Positions 25,107 to 26,988 of a stretch of DNA of 26,988 nt are shown piece by piece. The DNA is from Candidatus Brocadiia bacterium (GTDB taxonomy: Bacteria > Planctomycetota > Brocadiia > SM23-32), in assembly GCA_046538485.1 (NCBI GenBank), contig JBKHIT010000062.1:1-26988 (forward strand), written 5' to 3'. The notes under the pieces were generated by a model that was not told the DNA's origin, ran no database searches, and saw nothing but the letters and a program-made list of their open reading frames with translations. The position numbers and the translations under genes are program-made. Every line of letters begins with the position of its first letter. Within the stretch, counting starts at the first letter, position 1.

Positions 25107-26111
25107 ATGGAAAACCGACAACGGGGAACCAAAACGGACAAATCTGGTAGACTGAAATTATACCGCGCCGTTGCGGAACCGGCGAAATCTGTGGTTAAAA
25201 CCCACCAGAACCTTGTCCGAGAGATCGCCGAAATCCTTGAAAAGGTCTCCCAGCAAAAGTCGGATTGGGATTTACAATATTGTTCCGCAATTGTCGAAAT
25301 GCTTAATGCAGCTCTCGTAGAGCATCCTCGTTTCCTGCTCTTCGCGGCGCGGAGACGTAAAAACGGTCTTGAAACATCCAACAGATTTTCCGTCCTGAGC
25401 CATCAAAGCATACGTTGTTCAATCGGAATGCTCGGTTGCTGCCGGGCAGCCGGGTTATCCGAAAACCAGGTTAGACTCGGAGCTCTGGCAGGCCTTGTCC
25501 ATAATTTCGGCATGGCGTTAATACCCGAAGAAATCGTAACCAAACCTGCGAAATTGAATCGCTCGGAACTTAAGAAGATGCGTGAACACCCAAACAAAGG
25601 GGCCAGAATACCGCAGATTGCCCAAAACGGAGAGCTCGCACAAATCGTTGGTCAAGCCCGCGAAAGAAACGATGGTAGCGGTTATCCTCGGGGTCTAAAA
25701 GACTCAGAAATACATCCTCTGGCCGCTTTTCTCCACGCTATCGACCTGTTCGAAGCCCTTACTCAACCCCGGCCTTACCGTGAAAGCGAAGCTGACTACA
25801 ACGCACTGAAAATTATCCATCACTGGGAAAACGGACGGCTTCAAAATCGACCGGCTCGGGCTCTCCTCGAATTTTATACCGTCTACCCTATCACAACACT
25901 GGTCGAATTGAATACAAGGCATCGGGGTAAAGTGGTCGATACCCACGAATTCGCTCCCCTCAGCCCTGTATTGGCCGTTCTCCAGGACGCAAACAAAAAT
26001 GCTTACGATGAACCCTGGGCATTGGACCTCAATCAGGAAAGACATTTCCGCATCAAGAGAGTAATCTCCGAAGATCGCGACCTCTCCGCTCTCGCTTCCA
26101 TGATCTGCTGA
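25107..26111 (+). CDS. HD-GYP domain protein with degenerate catalytic motifs
   Basis: LAGLVHNFGM (canonical LHDIGK), KPAKL, MREHP, QARERNDGSGYPRGLK (canonical HHExxDGxGYP), AIDLFEALTQPRPYR, and a C-terminal YP...VELN...GKVV...P..P accessory region. Confidence 0.88.
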   Translation: MENRQRGTKTDKSGRLKLYRAVAEPAKSVVKTHQNLVREIAEILEKVSQQKSDWDLQYCSAIVEMLNAALVEHPRFLLFAARRRKNGLETSNRFSVLSHQSIRCSIGMLGCCRAAGLSENQVRLGALAGLVHNFGMALIPEEIVTKPAKLNRSELKKMREHPNKGARIPQIAQNGELAQIVGQARERNDGSGYPRGLKDSEIHPLAAFLHAIDLFEALTQPRPYRESEADYNALKIIHHWENGRLQNRPARALLEFYTVYPITTLVELNTRHRGKVVDTHEFAPLSPVLAVLQDANKNAYDEPWALDLNQERHFRIKRVISEDRDLSALASMIC

Positions 26112-26736
26112 CAGGTATGTGCCTCCCACCCAATTCCTCGACCTGCTGTCCTGGATTCATCTGAATCTCACCTTTTTCCTGCATCTCACAGACGCCAGGG
26201 TAATTAAAACGAGGGCATGCTTTTTCTGATCAAGAGTTTCCGATAACACAATAAGGGCTGGGAAGTCTTGTTTTAAGTGATCATCCATACTTCATGATTA
26301 TCGGAGCCGTCCCGCTGTCCATCTCCCCGGCCAAAGTGTGAATGTCATTCAAAACAAAAGCGGAACAGGGGGAGGCCCGACCACTGGCCCGGATTTTACG
26401 GATAATTGGACGCCCTTTTTGTCAAGTCAGGGCAGAATCTTCATTGGACCTGGTTCACAACCCTTCTCAGCCAAATATCCGGGCTAAAAAAACGGCGCAT
26501 AAATCTGATAACTTAAAATCAGTGATCAGCAACGAGGCGAACGCTACGTTGCGAAACGATTAGCTTTAATGCCTTTTTCACAAGGAAGATACAGACATCT
26601 TCCGGCACAGTAGCACTGGCCGGAAATTGTGAACACTTTTTATTGTTGTAAATTCTTACGCCTGAACAGCATGCGCCGTTTTATATAGCCTGCATCCGAA
26701 GTGCGCGTTTAGCGTGTCGAGTGCCGTTCCAAAAAA

Positions 26737-26963
26737 GGCCCGTAGGGCCGGAGCAGACGTAGCCCCGGGCGATCCCGGGCTCTTCGGGGGAGCCCGGGGT
26801 TAGCGGTTCGGGTAACGTGCCGGCGGAACGCGCGAACAGTGTTCGCCGCGGCAAGCTTGCCGCGCTCGCCTCCGGCGAGGCGATCCGCCTGTTTGGGCTG
26901 CTTCCCAATGGCAACCCGGGGCTCGTTCGGCCCAACAGCGGCCTCATTTCGCCCCGGGCTACG
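26737..26963. repeat. GTAG-type REP doublet in inverted orientation (REPIN-like) filled with hairpins
   Basis: CGTAGCCCCGGGCGA (26758-26772) and TCGCCCCGGGCTACG (26949-26963) are inverted with 1 mismatch. Inner pair AGCCCGGGGTT/AACCCGGGGCT; perfect 18-bp palindrome at 26847-26864; several 5-9 bp stems. Confidence 0.75.
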
Positions 26964-26988
26964 GCGTGAATTGTCGTGATAGAGCACC

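Overview
The window is a Wzy-type surface-polysaccharide (EPS/capsule) locus. A wza-like export lipoprotein gene on + (214-1737) faces a ~23 kb run of minus-strand genes. In transcription order these are: wzc tyrosine kinase, Wzy/O-antigen-ligase-family membrane protein, MurJ-like flippase, SAM methyltransferase, GT4, SAM methyltransferase, NPP/AlkP-superfamily enzyme, GT2, GT4, an internally deleted and frameshifted GT9, a GT4-formyltransferase fusion, SAM methyltransferase, a membrane-anchored PHP-like protein that has lost most metal ligands, PIG-L deacetylase, DegT aminotransferase, WbqC and a WecA-type initiating transferase. A degenerate HD-GYP gene is divergent from wzc. The most unusual points are (1) a dense set of tailoring enzymes, including a possible N-acyl exchange module, (2) two apparent pseudoenzymes plus an ExE Walker A' variant of Wzc, and (3) palindromic REP/REPIN-like elements in the gaps between gene modules, including a modular ~200 bp duplication at 12.1-12.8 kb. 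All calls come from motif recognition by eye; no database search was run. No rRNA, tRNA, CRISPR array or transposase was seen.
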